From Lachnospiraceae bacterium (lineage in GTDB: Bacteria; Bacillota; Clostridia; Lachnospirales; Lachnospiraceae): a stretch of 64,000 nucleotides of DNA. This document shows, piece after piece, positions 54,278 through 63,586 of this stretch. Location: assembly GCA_021202635.1 (NCBI GenBank), contig JAJQCQ010000079.1, positions 378 to 64,377 of the forward strand. The letters run 5' to 3'. A program made the translations under genes and the position numbers. The notes below the pieces were generated by a model. The model had not been told where the DNA came from, ran no database searches, and saw only the letters and a list, made by a program, of their open reading frames with translations. The number at the start of each line of letters is the position of its first letter. Positions within the stretch are counted from its first letter, which is position 1.

Positions 54278-55246
54278 CTACGCCAACTGTGGTCGCAGTC
54301 GATGGATATTATCCATAGTCTCATAGAACTCCTTCTTGTAAGGACAGCTGCTGCACAGTTTGAAAATTTTATATCTTGCTGATCTCACCACTCTTGCGGC
54401 GATTTTCAGCAATTTCAACCGGATGGTATTTATCTGCTGCTTACACATACTGGGCGGCAGCACCAACCGTTTGAACCAATTGAATAAGTTGTATGCCAGA
54501 GCGTGTACCTGCAGGCGGTTTGCATTCACAAGCATGGACTTACTGCTGACGGAGTCAAAATCGAATCCGCTTTTTCCTTCTTTGATGAAGTTTTCCATTT
54601 TTCCTCTGCCGCAATAAAACTGGATCACCTGATATGGCTCCATATCCATTGTTGTGACAATGAATGTGTACATGTGAATCACCTGCCCGTAGGGTTTCTC
54701 TATTTTAAAGACCACCCTGCGTGGATGGCTCCATGTTCCGGCCTGATACATGAATTCGCCGTACTCAACTGCGTAGTCAATCTGGTTTTGCTTTGTGGCG
54801 CGGAATAAGGCTTCATCTTCGTCGCTGGCCAGTTCCCGTAACCTGCTGTTTTCCTTAAGACGGATTGCATATTTGCAGTCTTTTTCCTCAAGGGTTTCAT
54901 ATAGGTCCGGAGACGCAAAACCGCTGTCACCACGCAGATACAGGGGCATCTCAGGATACTCTGACCGGTATTCTTCCAAAAGCGATTCCATGAAAGTGCC
55001 GGCGCCGTTACTGCAGTATTTGGTACCCTCGCGTAATTCTGCTTTTTACAGGTCGCCCATTAAGCCATCAAAGCATAGGAGCGGATGGTAGCCGTGCGCC
55101 TTATAATGATAGTTGAACCCTTCCCCTTCCTGGCTACCAAAAGTATCAAGAAGGGTGGAATCAATATCAAAAAGCATGAACTCCGGTTTCTCGATGGAAT
55201 AGACTGAGTTGACTAAAAGGGAGGAAAGGGGGAAAAAACTCAACAC
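54278..55246 (-). mobile_element. IS1380-family transposase remnant: 5'-truncated and carrying an in-frame TAA
   Basis: DIDSTLLDTFGSQEGEGFNYHYKAHGYHPLLCFDGLMGDL-TAA(55046-55048)-KAELREGTKYCSNGAGTF...LRGDSGFASPDLYETLEEKDCKYAIRLKEN fits the IS1380 DDE transposase core. Both ORF pieces are in the same frame. About 120 N-terminal residues are absent, and no terminal inverted repeats were seen. Confidence 0.7.
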
Positions 55247-55259
55247 TTTTCAACATTTG
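55240..55259 (+). repeat. Direct repeat copy 1 (TCAACACTTTTCAACATTTG) left of integrase
   Basis: 18/20 identical to 57133-57152. Coincides with the break point of the IS1380 remnant. Confidence 0.6.
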
Positions 55260-55329
55260 TCCCGGCTCCTGCCCTGTACCAGGCTCTCCCTTTCTGTATC
55301 TCTACGCTGCAGCCCTGCCGCCCTCTTCT

Positions 55330-55452
55330 GTACTCTCCGCCTCTCCTGAATCGTTAAATATTGCGGCAAACTCTCACCAGATTAAACGAAACAACAAAAA
55401 GCGGTGCAATTGGTCAACCAGAGGGCTTCTGTTGAGTTTTCGTGTGTTTCTG
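55330..55452 (+). repeat. Diverged ~120-nt direct repeat, copy upstream of integrase
   Basis: CTCACCAGATTAAACGAAAC...GTGTGTTTCTG aligns without gaps to 56911-56990 (about 55/80 identities by hand count). Similarity extends ~40 nt further left (AATCGTTAAATATTGCGGC vs AATCGTCAAATATCGCCTC). Confidence 0.55.
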
Positions 55453-55453
55453 C

Positions 55454-55482
55454 TTGACTGCCGCTCTGTGTTATGATATAAA
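55454..55482 (+). promoter_or_regulatory. Putative promoter of the integrase gene
   Basis: TTGACT (55454-55459), 17-nt spacer, TATAAA (55477-55482), 26 nt before ATG 55509. Confidence 0.4.
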
Positions 55483-55508
55483 GTGATATACGGAAAGGGG
55501 TTGAAAGA

Positions 55509-56864
55509 ATGGCAGAAGAAAAACGCAAAGACCCGAAGGGACGCAACCTACGGAACGGTGAGACGTATGACGCAGCAAGCGGGCGTTACAGATACAGCTA
55601 TATTGACGCAACTGGCAAGCGGCGGCAGCTCTACTCCTTGACGCTGACAGCGAAAGACCCGATCCCGCCGGAGTCGAAACAGAAACCGGGTGAATCGTTA
55701 CGTGAAAAGGAAGTACAGGCACAGGCGGACAGGGCAAACCAGATAGACGCAACCGGCGGCAACATGACCGTGTATCAGCTGATGGAACGGTATGTCAAGC
55801 TTAAAATGCCGGACGTACGCGAAACAACCCGCAACGGATACCGGACGCAGCTGAATTACATGGCAACGGATCCGTTTGGCAAGAAGAAAATCTGTAAAGT
55901 AAACGCAACAGAAGCTGAAGAATGGTTCGACTCCTTACATAGTGAGAAAAGCAAGGGGTACAGTTCACTTCATACGCTCCGGGGAATACTCCGACCGGCT
56001 TTCGCGATGGCGAAGAAAAACCGCTGGGTGGTAGATAACCCGTTTGATTTTGCGATGCTCAAAAAGCGATACGGCGGTACGAAGACACGGGACGCATTGA
56101 GCAAGGCAGATATGCGGCGGTTTCTCGATTTTGTCCGGACAGATAAGCATTTCCAGACGTATTTCAACGGCGTATTCATTCTGTTCAGCACGGGACTGCG
56201 GATTTCCGAATTCTGCGGACTGATACCAGATGACATTGATTTTCAGAACCATGTAATCCATGTCCGGCGGCAGCTGCTCCGGATACATGACGGGGACAAA
56301 ATGCTCTACTATATAGAGATTCCTAAGACCGACAACGGGATCCGCGATGTCCCTATGCTTGCGGATGTCGAAACAGCATTTCGCGAAGTGTTACAGTCAA
56401 GACCGCAGCGGGACGTCGAACCGGTAGTCTGGAACGAGGAACACACGGACAGCGCATCCGGCTTTTTATGGCTGGACAAGAACGGAACCTATGAAACCGC
56501 GCAACATTGGCAGAACCATTTGAGATGGGCACGGGCGAAGTTCAATCGGATTTACAAAGACGAAATCCCGCCCGTAACTCCGCACGTATGCCGTCACACT
56601 TTCTGCAGTAATTGCGCCTCGATCGGGATGAACCCGAAGACATTACAGATGATAATGGGACACGCGAGTATTGAATTTACTTTAAATGTCTACACTCACC
56701 TGGAAGCCGGCGATATCAAAGGGGAATTTTTCTCACTGATGAATAACAAGGCGTATAATTTCTACCCGCTTGACCGGCAGCCTGAAACAGTTGCACCGGA
56801 TACAGTCGGGGACGATGACGAGGGCGATCCGGATATCGACGCGGCACCGGATGATGACGAATAA
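55509..56864 (+). CDS. int: Tyrosine recombinase / site-specific integrase (Tn916/Tn1549-type, with N-terminal arm-binding domain)
   Basis: N-terminus KDPKGRNLRNGETYDAASGRYRYSYIDATGKRRQLYS is typical of Int-Tn arm-binding domains. Catalytic region GLRISEFCGL, HVCRHTFCS, MGHASIEFTLNVYTH (R...HxxR...Y). Acidic tail. Confidence 0.9.
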   Translation: MAEEKRKDPKGRNLRNGETYDAASGRYRYSYIDATGKRRQLYSLTLTAKDPIPPESKQKPGESLREKEVQAQADRANQIDATGGNMTVYQLMERYVKLKMPDVRETTRNGYRTQLNYMATDPFGKKKICKVNATEAEEWFDSLHSEKSKGYSSLHTLRGILRPAFAMAKKNRWVVDNPFDFAMLKKRYGGTKTRDALSKADMRRFLDFVRTDKHFQTYFNGVFILFSTGLRISEFCGLIPDDIDFQNHVIHVRRQLLRIHDGDKMLYYIEIPKTDNGIRDVPMLADVETAFREVLQSRPQRDVEPVVWNEEHTDSASGFLWLDKNGTYETAQHWQNHLRWARAKFNRIYKDEIPPVTPHVCRHTFCSNCASIGMNPKTLQMIMGHASIEFTLNVYTHLEAGDIKGEFFSLMNNKAYNFYPLDRQPETVAPDTVGDDDEGDPDIDAAPDDDE

Positions 56865-56869
56865 AACGG

Positions 56870-56990
56870 ATTACCCCGCCCGCATAAATCGTCAAATATC
56901 GCCTCTGACGCTCACCAGATTCAACGAAACGGCGAGAAGTTGAGGAACAGGGCGGGGAAATTGATTCTGGAGTATTTTTGTGTGTTTCTG
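56870..56990 (+). repeat. Diverged ~120-nt direct repeat, copy downstream of integrase
   Basis: See 55330-55452. Starts a few nt after the integrase stop codon. Confidence 0.55.
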
Positions 56991-57132
56991 AAAAATGTTT
57001 TTGGAATGACGTGTGTTAACGGGATTTCAATTAACACACTTTCTAACACAAAAACCCGGACAAAATCTGGAAAAGCATCCGCCGGAGTGTACACGCGACA
57101 GGTGTTGCAAAAGGCTGAAAAATGTCGTAAAA

Positions 57133-57152
57133 TCAACACTTTTCAACGCTTG
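57133..57152 (+). repeat. Direct repeat copy 2 (TCAACACTTTTCAACGCTTG) right of integrase
   Basis: 18/20 identical to 55240-55259. Here it is part of a small hairpin, CTTTTCAA-CGC-TTGAAAAG. Confidence 0.6.
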
Positions 57153-57180
57153 AAAAGACTAATAAATGAGGATTTTTGAA

Positions 57181-57642
57181 ATGGTAAAAATACTATTCGT
57201 ATGTTGGGGAAATATATGCCGGTCCCCCATGGCAGAGTTTATTATGAAAGATATGGTTGAAAGACGCGGCCTCGCGGATGAGTTTCTGATCGAATCAGCG
57301 GCTCATACCAGCGAGGAGATCGGCAATCCGGTCTATCCGCCTGCCCGCCGGGAGCTGGCCCGTCACGGGATCAGCTGCGCCGGAAAGAAGGCCAGGAAGA
57401 TGACTGCCGGGGATTATGCGAAGTATGACTGGATCCTGGGGATGGAGGATCTGAATCTTGGCTATATGCTCCGCATCCTTGGCGGCGACCCGGAGCACAA
57501 GGTACGCCGCCTGCTGGATTTTTCGGATCGCCCGCGTGACATCGCAGACCCGTGGTATACCGGGGAATTCGGGCAGACCTATACGGATATTGTGGAAGGC
57601 TGCAAGGCACTCCTGGAATATCTGCATGCGCTGTCCGTATAG
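57181..57642 (+). CDS. Low-molecular-weight protein-tyrosine phosphatase
   Basis: Active-site loop LFVCWGNICRSPMAE (C-x5-R-S) and a C-terminal DP motif (IADPWY). Start ATG 57181 (MVKILF). Confidence 0.9.
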   Translation: MVKILFVCWGNICRSPMAEFIMKDMVERRGLADEFLIESAAHTSEEIGNPVYPPARRELARHGISCAGKKARKMTAGDYAKYDWILGMEDLNLGYMLRILGGDPEHKVRRLLDFSDRPRDIADPWYTGEFGQTYTDIVEGCKALLEYLHALSV

Positions 57643-57754
57643 ACAGACTGTAACGATTCCGAACCGTGGGTCTGCGCGCCGCCTGCCAGTTACAGGTCAC
57701 ACCCTGACCAATTTACGTTATTATAGCCACTACAGGTGTGACCAGTGACGCCTG

Positions 57755-60124
57755 CTACTCAATCGCTGTCACAGTTGTTGCGGTGGTCCAGGCGCTTCTG
57801 TATTTCTCCCAGAGCTCATACGGCTCCGTCTGAACCAGCACATTTACATAAGTCTGTATTCTGACGTAAAGAATATCCTCCGCACTCACGCTTTCATAAG
57901 TATAGCTGGTTTTTTTCGCGCTGACCAGGCGGGGCGCAGTGGAGCCGTCCGCAAAGTGGATATCAATCTTATAGCCGGAAATCCCTTCCGCCTTTTCCCA
58001 CTCGATAGTCAGAACACCATCTGAGGAAACGGTAAGACCGGTAATCGTCGTGCCATTCAGGCGAACGATTTGCCCGGCGATTCCGGAGCCTTTCGTGCCA
58101 TCCTGGTATGCGCAGACCTTGTAATAATAAGTGGTTCCGTTTTCATCCTTTACCGCCTTGTCCGTATAGCTTTGAGTTGCGGAATTTTTGATGGTCTTTA
58201 TCCTTTTGTAGGAGCCGGACTCTGTTTTGCGGTAGATGTAATAGCCATCCACCCCTTCTGCCGCACTCCAGCTGATTTTAACGCCACTGGAGGTGTTTTT
58301 CAGAGCCGTCACCCGGCAGGATGGAACCTCCGCGTCCATGGAAAGCGCATTATAATGAATGACCGCGGATGTCAGAGACTCATTCCATGAGTCGATCGAG
58401 ATGGCGCGGAAGGCTTTCTTTTTGCCCGCGTAATACACGTCTGACAGACTGGTACAGTCACGAAACGCACTCTCACCGATACTGATCACACTGGAAGGAA
58501 TAAAAATGCTGACCAGATCGCTGGAGCCTTCAAACATACCGCCTGCGATTGAGGTGACACCCTCCGGAATGTGAACCGAGGTCAGACCCGAATTATAAAA
58601 CAGGCCATATCCAAGGGACGTCACTCCATCCGGAATAGTGATACCGGTAAGGCTTTCACAGTTAGCAAAGACAGACGCTCCCATCTTTGTCAGCTTAGAA
58701 GGAAGTGTGACCTCTGTCAGGCTGGTACAGCCGGAAAACGTTCTTTCACGCAGGTACGTCACCTTGTCCGGGATGGTGATACTAATCAGAGCACTGCAAT
58801 CGAAAAAGGCGTAGGAACCGATCGTTTTTAAACTGTTCGGAAGCGAAACGCTGGTCAGACCGGTGCAGTATTCAAACGCGCAGGAGCTGATCTTTTTTAC
58901 GCCCTTCGGGAGCGTGACACTGGTCAGACCGGTGCAGCCGGAAAACGCGCGTTTGGCGATGGTGGTCACTCCGGATGGAATCCTGAGCTCCCCGCTGCGG
59001 CTGACCAGGCAGAGAACCAGTGTCTTTCCATCTTTGCTGTAAAGAACCCCATCGCTGAAGGAATATGTCTTGTTATCTTCACTGACCGTCAGCTTCACAA
59101 GTGAGGAACATCCCGCAAACGCCTGCGTGCCAATGGAGGACACCTGCGCTGGGATCGTAAGCTCCGTCAGGCTGGCACATCCGTAAAATGCACTGCCGAC
59201 GATGCTGGTCAGACTCTCCGGAAGCGTGATGCTTTTTAAACCGGTACACATATAAAACGCGCAGAGTTCCGTCACTCCTTCCGGGATTTCAACGGCAGTC
59301 AGGCTCTCGCAATATGTAAACGCTCCGTCCCCGATGCTCCTAAGGGAATCCGGAAGCTCGATGGCAGAGAGGCTGTAACAGTAAGCAAATGCGTCTTCTC
59401 CGATGCTGGTCAGATTTCCCGGAAGCTCCAGGCTGACCAGGCTTTCGCAGCTTTCAAAGGCAGAATCGCCGAGGGCAGTCACCGTGTCGGCAATCTCCAC
59501 GTCTGTCAGATTACTGCAGAAATAGAAGGCTGCCCTGCCGATGGATGTAACGCCGGATTCCACCACAAGCGAAGTGATCGCTTCCCGGCTGCCATACCAG
59601 GGAGCCCGGGCTTTTACCCAATCGTCGTACCCGTCCTCATCCACATCATAATCGTTCTGCGTCGCGTAATCATACATCGCACCGCTGCCGCTGATGGTAA
59701 GCGTTCCATCTGTACCCAGTGTCCAGGTGAGGTGCTCCCCGCAGATACCGCTCACGGTGCTGTTTGTCTCATCCGCCGCAACGGCCATGGGGACTTCCGA
59801 TACTTCCTCTATAGAAAGAAGCAGGGATTCTTCTGTCTCCTCCTCTTCTGCCTCCGTCCCCACAGGCAACGGCTCTTCCTGCGCCGGGAACGACTCTGTC
59901 TCTGCCTGAGATTCCCTTTCTTCTTCTGTCGTTCCCTGCTCATTTTCCAGCTGCTCCGTCCCGGGCTGGGACTCGCGTAGCAGCAAATCCGTCTCCCCGG
60001 TCTGCTCATCCGGCTCTTCCTCTGCGAGGATGGCATCCGCGCCATCCTCCGCGGAAAATGCTGTAGCAGGAGCAGCCAGGGCTAATGAAACCGCCATCAG
60101 GCCAATCAACCATCTCTTTCTCAT
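57755..60124 (-). CDS. Large surface protein: signal peptide, acidic linker, BspA-type LRRs, C-terminal FN3-like modules
   Basis: MRKRWLIGLMAVSLALAAPATAFSA. More than 12 LRR_5 repeats (IGRAAFYFCSNLTDVEIADTVTALGDSAFESCESLVSLELP...). FN3-like VKISWSAAEGVDGYYIYRKTESGSYKRIK and LTIEWEKAEGISGYKIDIHF. AAGGGAGGAGAA RBS. Confidence 0.8.
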   Translation of the reverse strand: MRKRWLIGLMAVSLALAAPATAFSAEDGADAILAEEEPDEQTGETDLLLRESQPGTEQLENEQGTTEEERESQAETESFPAQEEPLPVGTEAEEEETEESLLLSIEEVSEVPMAVAADETNSTVSGICGEHLTWTLGTDGTLTISGSGAMYDYATQNDYDVDEDGYDDWVKARAPWYGSREAITSLVVESGVTSIGRAAFYFCSNLTDVEIADTVTALGDSAFESCESLVSLELPGNLTSIGEDAFAYCYSLSAIELPDSLRSIGDGAFTYCESLTAVEIPEGVTELCAFYMCTGLKSITLPESLTSIVGSAFYGCASLTELTIPAQVSSIGTQAFAGCSSLVKLTVSEDNKTYSFSDGVLYSKDGKTLVLCLVSRSGELRIPSGVTTIAKRAFSGCTGLTSVTLPKGVKKISSCAFEYCTGLTSVSLPNSLKTIGSYAFFDCSALISITIPDKVTYLRERTFSGCTSLTEVTLPSKLTKMGASVFANCESLTGITIPDGVTSLGYGLFYNSGLTSVHIPEGVTSIAGGMFEGSSDLVSIFIPSSVISIGESAFRDCTSLSDVYYAGKKKAFRAISIDSWNESLTSAVIHYNALSMDAEVPSCRVTALKNTSSGVKISWSAAEGVDGYYIYRKTESGSYKRIKTIKNSATQSYTDKAVKDENGTTYYYKVCAYQDGTKGSGIAGQIVRLNGTTITGLTVSSDGVLTIEWEKAEGISGYKIDIHFADGSTAPRLVSAKKTSYTYESVSAEDILYVRIQTYVNVLVQTEPYELWEKYRSAWTTATTVTAIE

Positions 60125-60383
60125 ATTCGTTCTCCTCCCTTGTTTTTTGCAGCCATTCAGAACTGCAAAGCCGATTTCCGTTACAGTATACTACAAAAAA
60201 ACGGACAAGTGTATCATCTGCGAGAATCTTCAGTTTTTATTAAGAGTCTGTCTTTCCCATTTTCTTGATTCCCCTGGACATCTGTGATAGAATCTCAAAG
60301 GCTCACTGACTCGATTCGCAGCCAGGCAGCCGGGAGGGAACGGAACCGGTCCATACTTCCAGGAGCAGATAAGGAGTGTACCT

Positions 60384-60995
60384 ATGGAGTTTCGAATTGA
60401 AAAAGCAGCACTATCCGATGCGGAAGCAATCGCCGCTGTGATACAGACCTGTTATGATACATTAGAGCAGAAAGAATGGTACGTCCCGGATGATGCAGAT
60501 TATATCCGGGATTTACTGGCGCCTCCGCAGACATATGATGAGACTGGCAATCCAGTTCCACAGGCTTCTGTTTTTCCGGTACCTCCGCAGGCATACGATA
60601 AAATGCTTCCCGGAAAGGGTCTGCATGGTATCGCATACAAAGCCATTTCTATGGACAATGGCGAACTGGCCGGTGTTTTTACTGTAGCGTTTCCCGGCGA
60701 CGGTCCCAAAAGTATGGGATACGATATCGGCTTTTGCCCGGAACAATGCCGACGGCTGGCCCATATGGACTCAGCAGCTGTTTTGCCGAAGTTCCGGGGA
60801 TTTCAGTTACAGTACCGGCTGATGGCCGCCGCGGAAGAAGAGCTGCGGAGCATGGGGTTCCGCTATCTCGCCGCCACGGTTCATCCCGATAACCGTGCCA
60901 GCAAGGGCACGATGCTCCGGCTTGGCTACCAGGTCATGGCGACCAAAATAAAATACAACGGGGCTCTCCGGCATATTATGCTGAAAGCTTTTTAA
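60384..60995 (+). CDS. GNAT family N-acetyltransferase
   Basis: Acetyl-CoA-binding-region pattern AVLPKFRGFQLQYRLMAAAEEELRSMGFRYLAATVHPDNRASKGTMLRLGYQV. TAAGGAG RBS. Confidence 0.75.
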   Translation: MEFRIEKAALSDAEAIAAVIQTCYDTLEQKEWYVPDDADYIRDLLAPPQTYDETGNPVPQASVFPVPPQAYDKMLPGKGLHGIAYKAISMDNGELAGVFTVAFPGDGPKSMGYDIGFCPEQCRRLAHMDSAAVLPKFRGFQLQYRLMAAAEEELRSMGFRYLAATVHPDNRASKGTMLRLGYQVMATKIKYNGALRHIMLKAF

Positions 60996-61061
60996 ATCAC
61001 GCAGGAGGCGGCAGTGTTCCAACACACACTGCTGCCTCCTGTAAATATTTTCTTTCGCAAA

Positions 61062-62225
61062 TCACTCCGCCGCGCGCATCATCGCGTCCAGCAGGTCGTT
61101 AAAGACACACTTATACGTGTAGCGACTGATCAGGCCGAAGCGCTCTCCGTCGCCGGTGATATTGCCATTGTCCCACCAGATGCAGGGGACGCCGATCTCC
61201 CTGGCGGCATGGACGTAATACGCCGCCCATTGGGCGCGCTCTGCTTCGTTGTCCTTGCTCAGTGCACCGAACTCACCAATGATGACAGGAATTCCTTTGT
61301 CGAGAAACAGCTCCTGGAGAGTGGCCATCAGGGTGTCGATGGCGGCCGTATCGTTGTTCCACTCGCTCGTCCCTTCGGTATTCAAAGCGAAGTTGTAGGG
61401 CTCATATGCATGTACGGAGACGATAATCCGGTCGTCATCCTCCGGCACCTCCAGGTGAGAAAGCGCGACTGAGCTGTTTGCCGCGTAGGCTGGAATCATC
61501 AGCATCCGGTAAGGGTTGCATCCGCCCGCCAGGCGGATGGTCGCAATAAAAGCAGCGTTTGTGGCGTTTACCACGTCCCAGCCTTCCTGGTCGCCGCCTG
61601 TCCACTCGACGGAAGTGCCTGTCTTCCTCGGCTCGTTCTGTGCCTCAAAAATCAGGTGCTCATCATAGTCCGCAAAGCGCTCCGCAATCTGTGTCCAGAG
61701 CGCGGTCATGATTGCACAGGCAGTCTCTTCGTTGTCATAGTACGGCTCGTTCCATTCTTCGTGGTGCATGTTGAGAATGACATACGCGCCCTTGTCATAG
61801 GCATAATCTACGATCTCCTGCACCCGGTCCAGCCAGCTTCCGGTGATCGTATAATCCGGTGCCTCTCCAAAATGTCCCGTCCAGGTGACCGGGATCCGCA
61901 CAACATTAAATCCGGCGTCCAGGACCGCGTCAATCAGCTCCTGCGTCACGACCGGGTTGCCCCAGGCGGTCTCAAATCTGGACGGATCGTCGTCGACTGA
62001 CGCACTGCTTTTTGTGGCGTCCAGCGTATTTCCCAGGCTCCAGCCGATCTTCATATCACTCACTACATCCATCGCGGTCAGGCTCTCCGCCGCAGCCACA
62101 TGCCTCCCGCCTTCCGCATCACGGATCCCTGTGCCTGCCACAGCAGACACTGCCGCTCCCGCCAGGCACAGTGCCATAATTCTCCCGATCACGGGCTTCC
62201 GGCGTCTCTCACTTTTCCTTTTCAT
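61062..62225 (-). CDS. Secreted glycoside hydrolase family 5 (endoglucanase/cellulase-like)
   Basis: GWSLGNTLDA, NVVRIPVTW, ILNMHHE, acid/base IFEAQNEPR, nucleophile VIIGEFGA, CIWWDNG. N-terminal signal/anchor RIMALCLAGAAVSAVAG. Confidence 0.85.
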   Translation of the reverse strand: MKRKSERRRKPVIGRIMALCLAGAAVSAVAGTGIRDAEGGRHVAAAESLTAMDVVSDMKIGWSLGNTLDATKSSASVDDDPSRFETAWGNPVVTQELIDAVLDAGFNVVRIPVTWTGHFGEAPDYTITGSWLDRVQEIVDYAYDKGAYVILNMHHEEWNEPYYDNEETACAIMTALWTQIAERFADYDEHLIFEAQNEPRKTGTSVEWTGGDQEGWDVVNATNAAFIATIRLAGGCNPYRMLMIPAYAANSSVALSHLEVPEDDDRIIVSVHAYEPYNFALNTEGTSEWNNDTAAIDTLMATLQELFLDKGIPVIIGEFGALSKDNEAERAQWAAYYVHAAREIGVPCIWWDNGNITGDGERFGLISRYTYKCVFNDLLDAMMRAAE

Positions 62226-63246
62226 CTCTCACCCTGGCGGTTGATTCCCCGATGATCAGTCTGCCGCCGATGGCCTTTCTGCCGTGGACCTGCTCTCCGC
62301 CTTTTATCAGGCGGATCAATGTTTCTACGGCCTGCCTGGACATTTCGTCCATATCTACTTCTATCGTGGTTAATTTGGGCAGCGAAAACGCCCCCAACGC
62401 ATAATTGTCAAATCCAACAACCGAGATGTCTTCCGGCACCCGGTATCCCATGCCAATCAGTTTTTCAATCAGAATATATGCCGTCTCGTCACAATTGCAG
62501 ACAAAGGCCGTCGGCATATCTGTTTTTTCCGGCAGCGAAAGCGGCGTATTCAATCCGTCCTCTCCCCGATCCGGGATGATCTCTCTTTCACTGCGCGGCA
62601 GATCATGCGCAAGCAGTGCCCGATAATATCCGAGATAGCGGTCCATAATACTGGGGGTCGCGTCGATGCTTCCTACGAACGCGAATTTCCTGTGTCCCAG
62701 TCCAATCAGGTAATCCGTAAGGATATAAGAGCCATATACATTATCTGAAATCACACTCGGCACGTCCTGATTGCGATCATAGTAGTCCAGATATACCACT
62801 GGTATGCCGGACGCCCGGATAAGAGCCAGATAATCCTCCTGTACCTTTCCAAGGATCACCAGGCCATCCATCCGCAGCTCCGAAATCACATTCGGCATCT
62901 GCATCTTCTCCAGCATCTGCGCTGTGATCAGTTCCAGGAGTACAGAATAATGGAAACGGGACAGCTGCACCACCAGGCTGTGGTACATCCGCATATAAAA
63001 CGGCAGCACTGTGGAGTTATGATCTGTGAAATGCTCTTCCATCAGGACCCCAATGCTGTAGCTTCTCCCCTTTCGGAAGGTCTTTTCCGCCTGACTGTAA
63101 TGGTAACCCATCTCCTCTGCGGTCTCTTTTATCAATGTGCGCAGTTCACTGCCTACGCCATCCTTATCCCCGAGCGCTTTTGATACCGTGACCGTACTCA
63201 CGCCCACCTTCACAGCAATATCGCGCATTGTAATATTTTTGGCCAT
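62209..63246 (-). CDS. LacI family transcriptional regulator
   Basis: HTH MRDIAVKVGVSTVTVSKALGDKDGVGSELRTLIKETAEEMGY plus a periplasmic-binding-fold C-terminus. Start ATG 63246 follows AGGAGAG. The 3' end overlaps the GH5 start by 17 nt. Confidence 0.85.
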   Translation of the reverse strand: MAKNITMRDIAVKVGVSTVTVSKALGDKDGVGSELRTLIKETAEEMGYHYSQAEKTFRKGRSYSIGVLMEEHFTDHNSTVLPFYMRMYHSLVVQLSRFHYSVLLELITAQMLEKMQMPNVISELRMDGLVILGKVQEDYLALIRASGIPVVYLDYYDRNQDVPSVISDNVYGSYILTDYLIGLGHRKFAFVGSIDATPSIMDRYLGYYRALLAHDLPRSEREIIPDRGEDGLNTPLSLPEKTDMPTAFVCNCDETAYILIEKLIGMGYRVPEDISVVGFDNYALGAFSLPKLTTIEVDMDEMSRQAVETLIRLIKGGEQVHGRKAIGGRLIIGESTARVRDEKEK

Positions 63247-63586
63247 ACATTTCTCTCCTGCGCATAAATCCAACTCATTATCAGCTGCAATGTCCGGCAG
63301 CGCTCCGGCACTTTTTCCGGTTTTCCCATGCTTTCAGGCTGCCATAATTTAGAAAACGCCCGTCTCCGAATCCTGTCGTTTGTCTGCGATACAGTAAAAG
63401 TATCCGCAGACGCGGCTTTCCATCCGGAAACCGGGCGTCAACTGTTCTTATACGCTGTTCTTATATGCTTTTCCTGTACGTGGCCGAAGACGTTCTGAGG
63501 GTTTATCATCTTAAAAAACCCCGGCCGGTGTATGTACTATAAAGCAAGAACACGAACTTTTGAATCGTTACAATTTCCGATACGCA

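Noticed and set aside
57695-57743. 9-bp inverted repeat ggtcacacc ... ggtgtgacc between the LMW-PTP and LRR genes
   Set aside because: It has a 31-nt loop and no U-tract, so it is weak as an intrinsic terminator. No second copy was seen.
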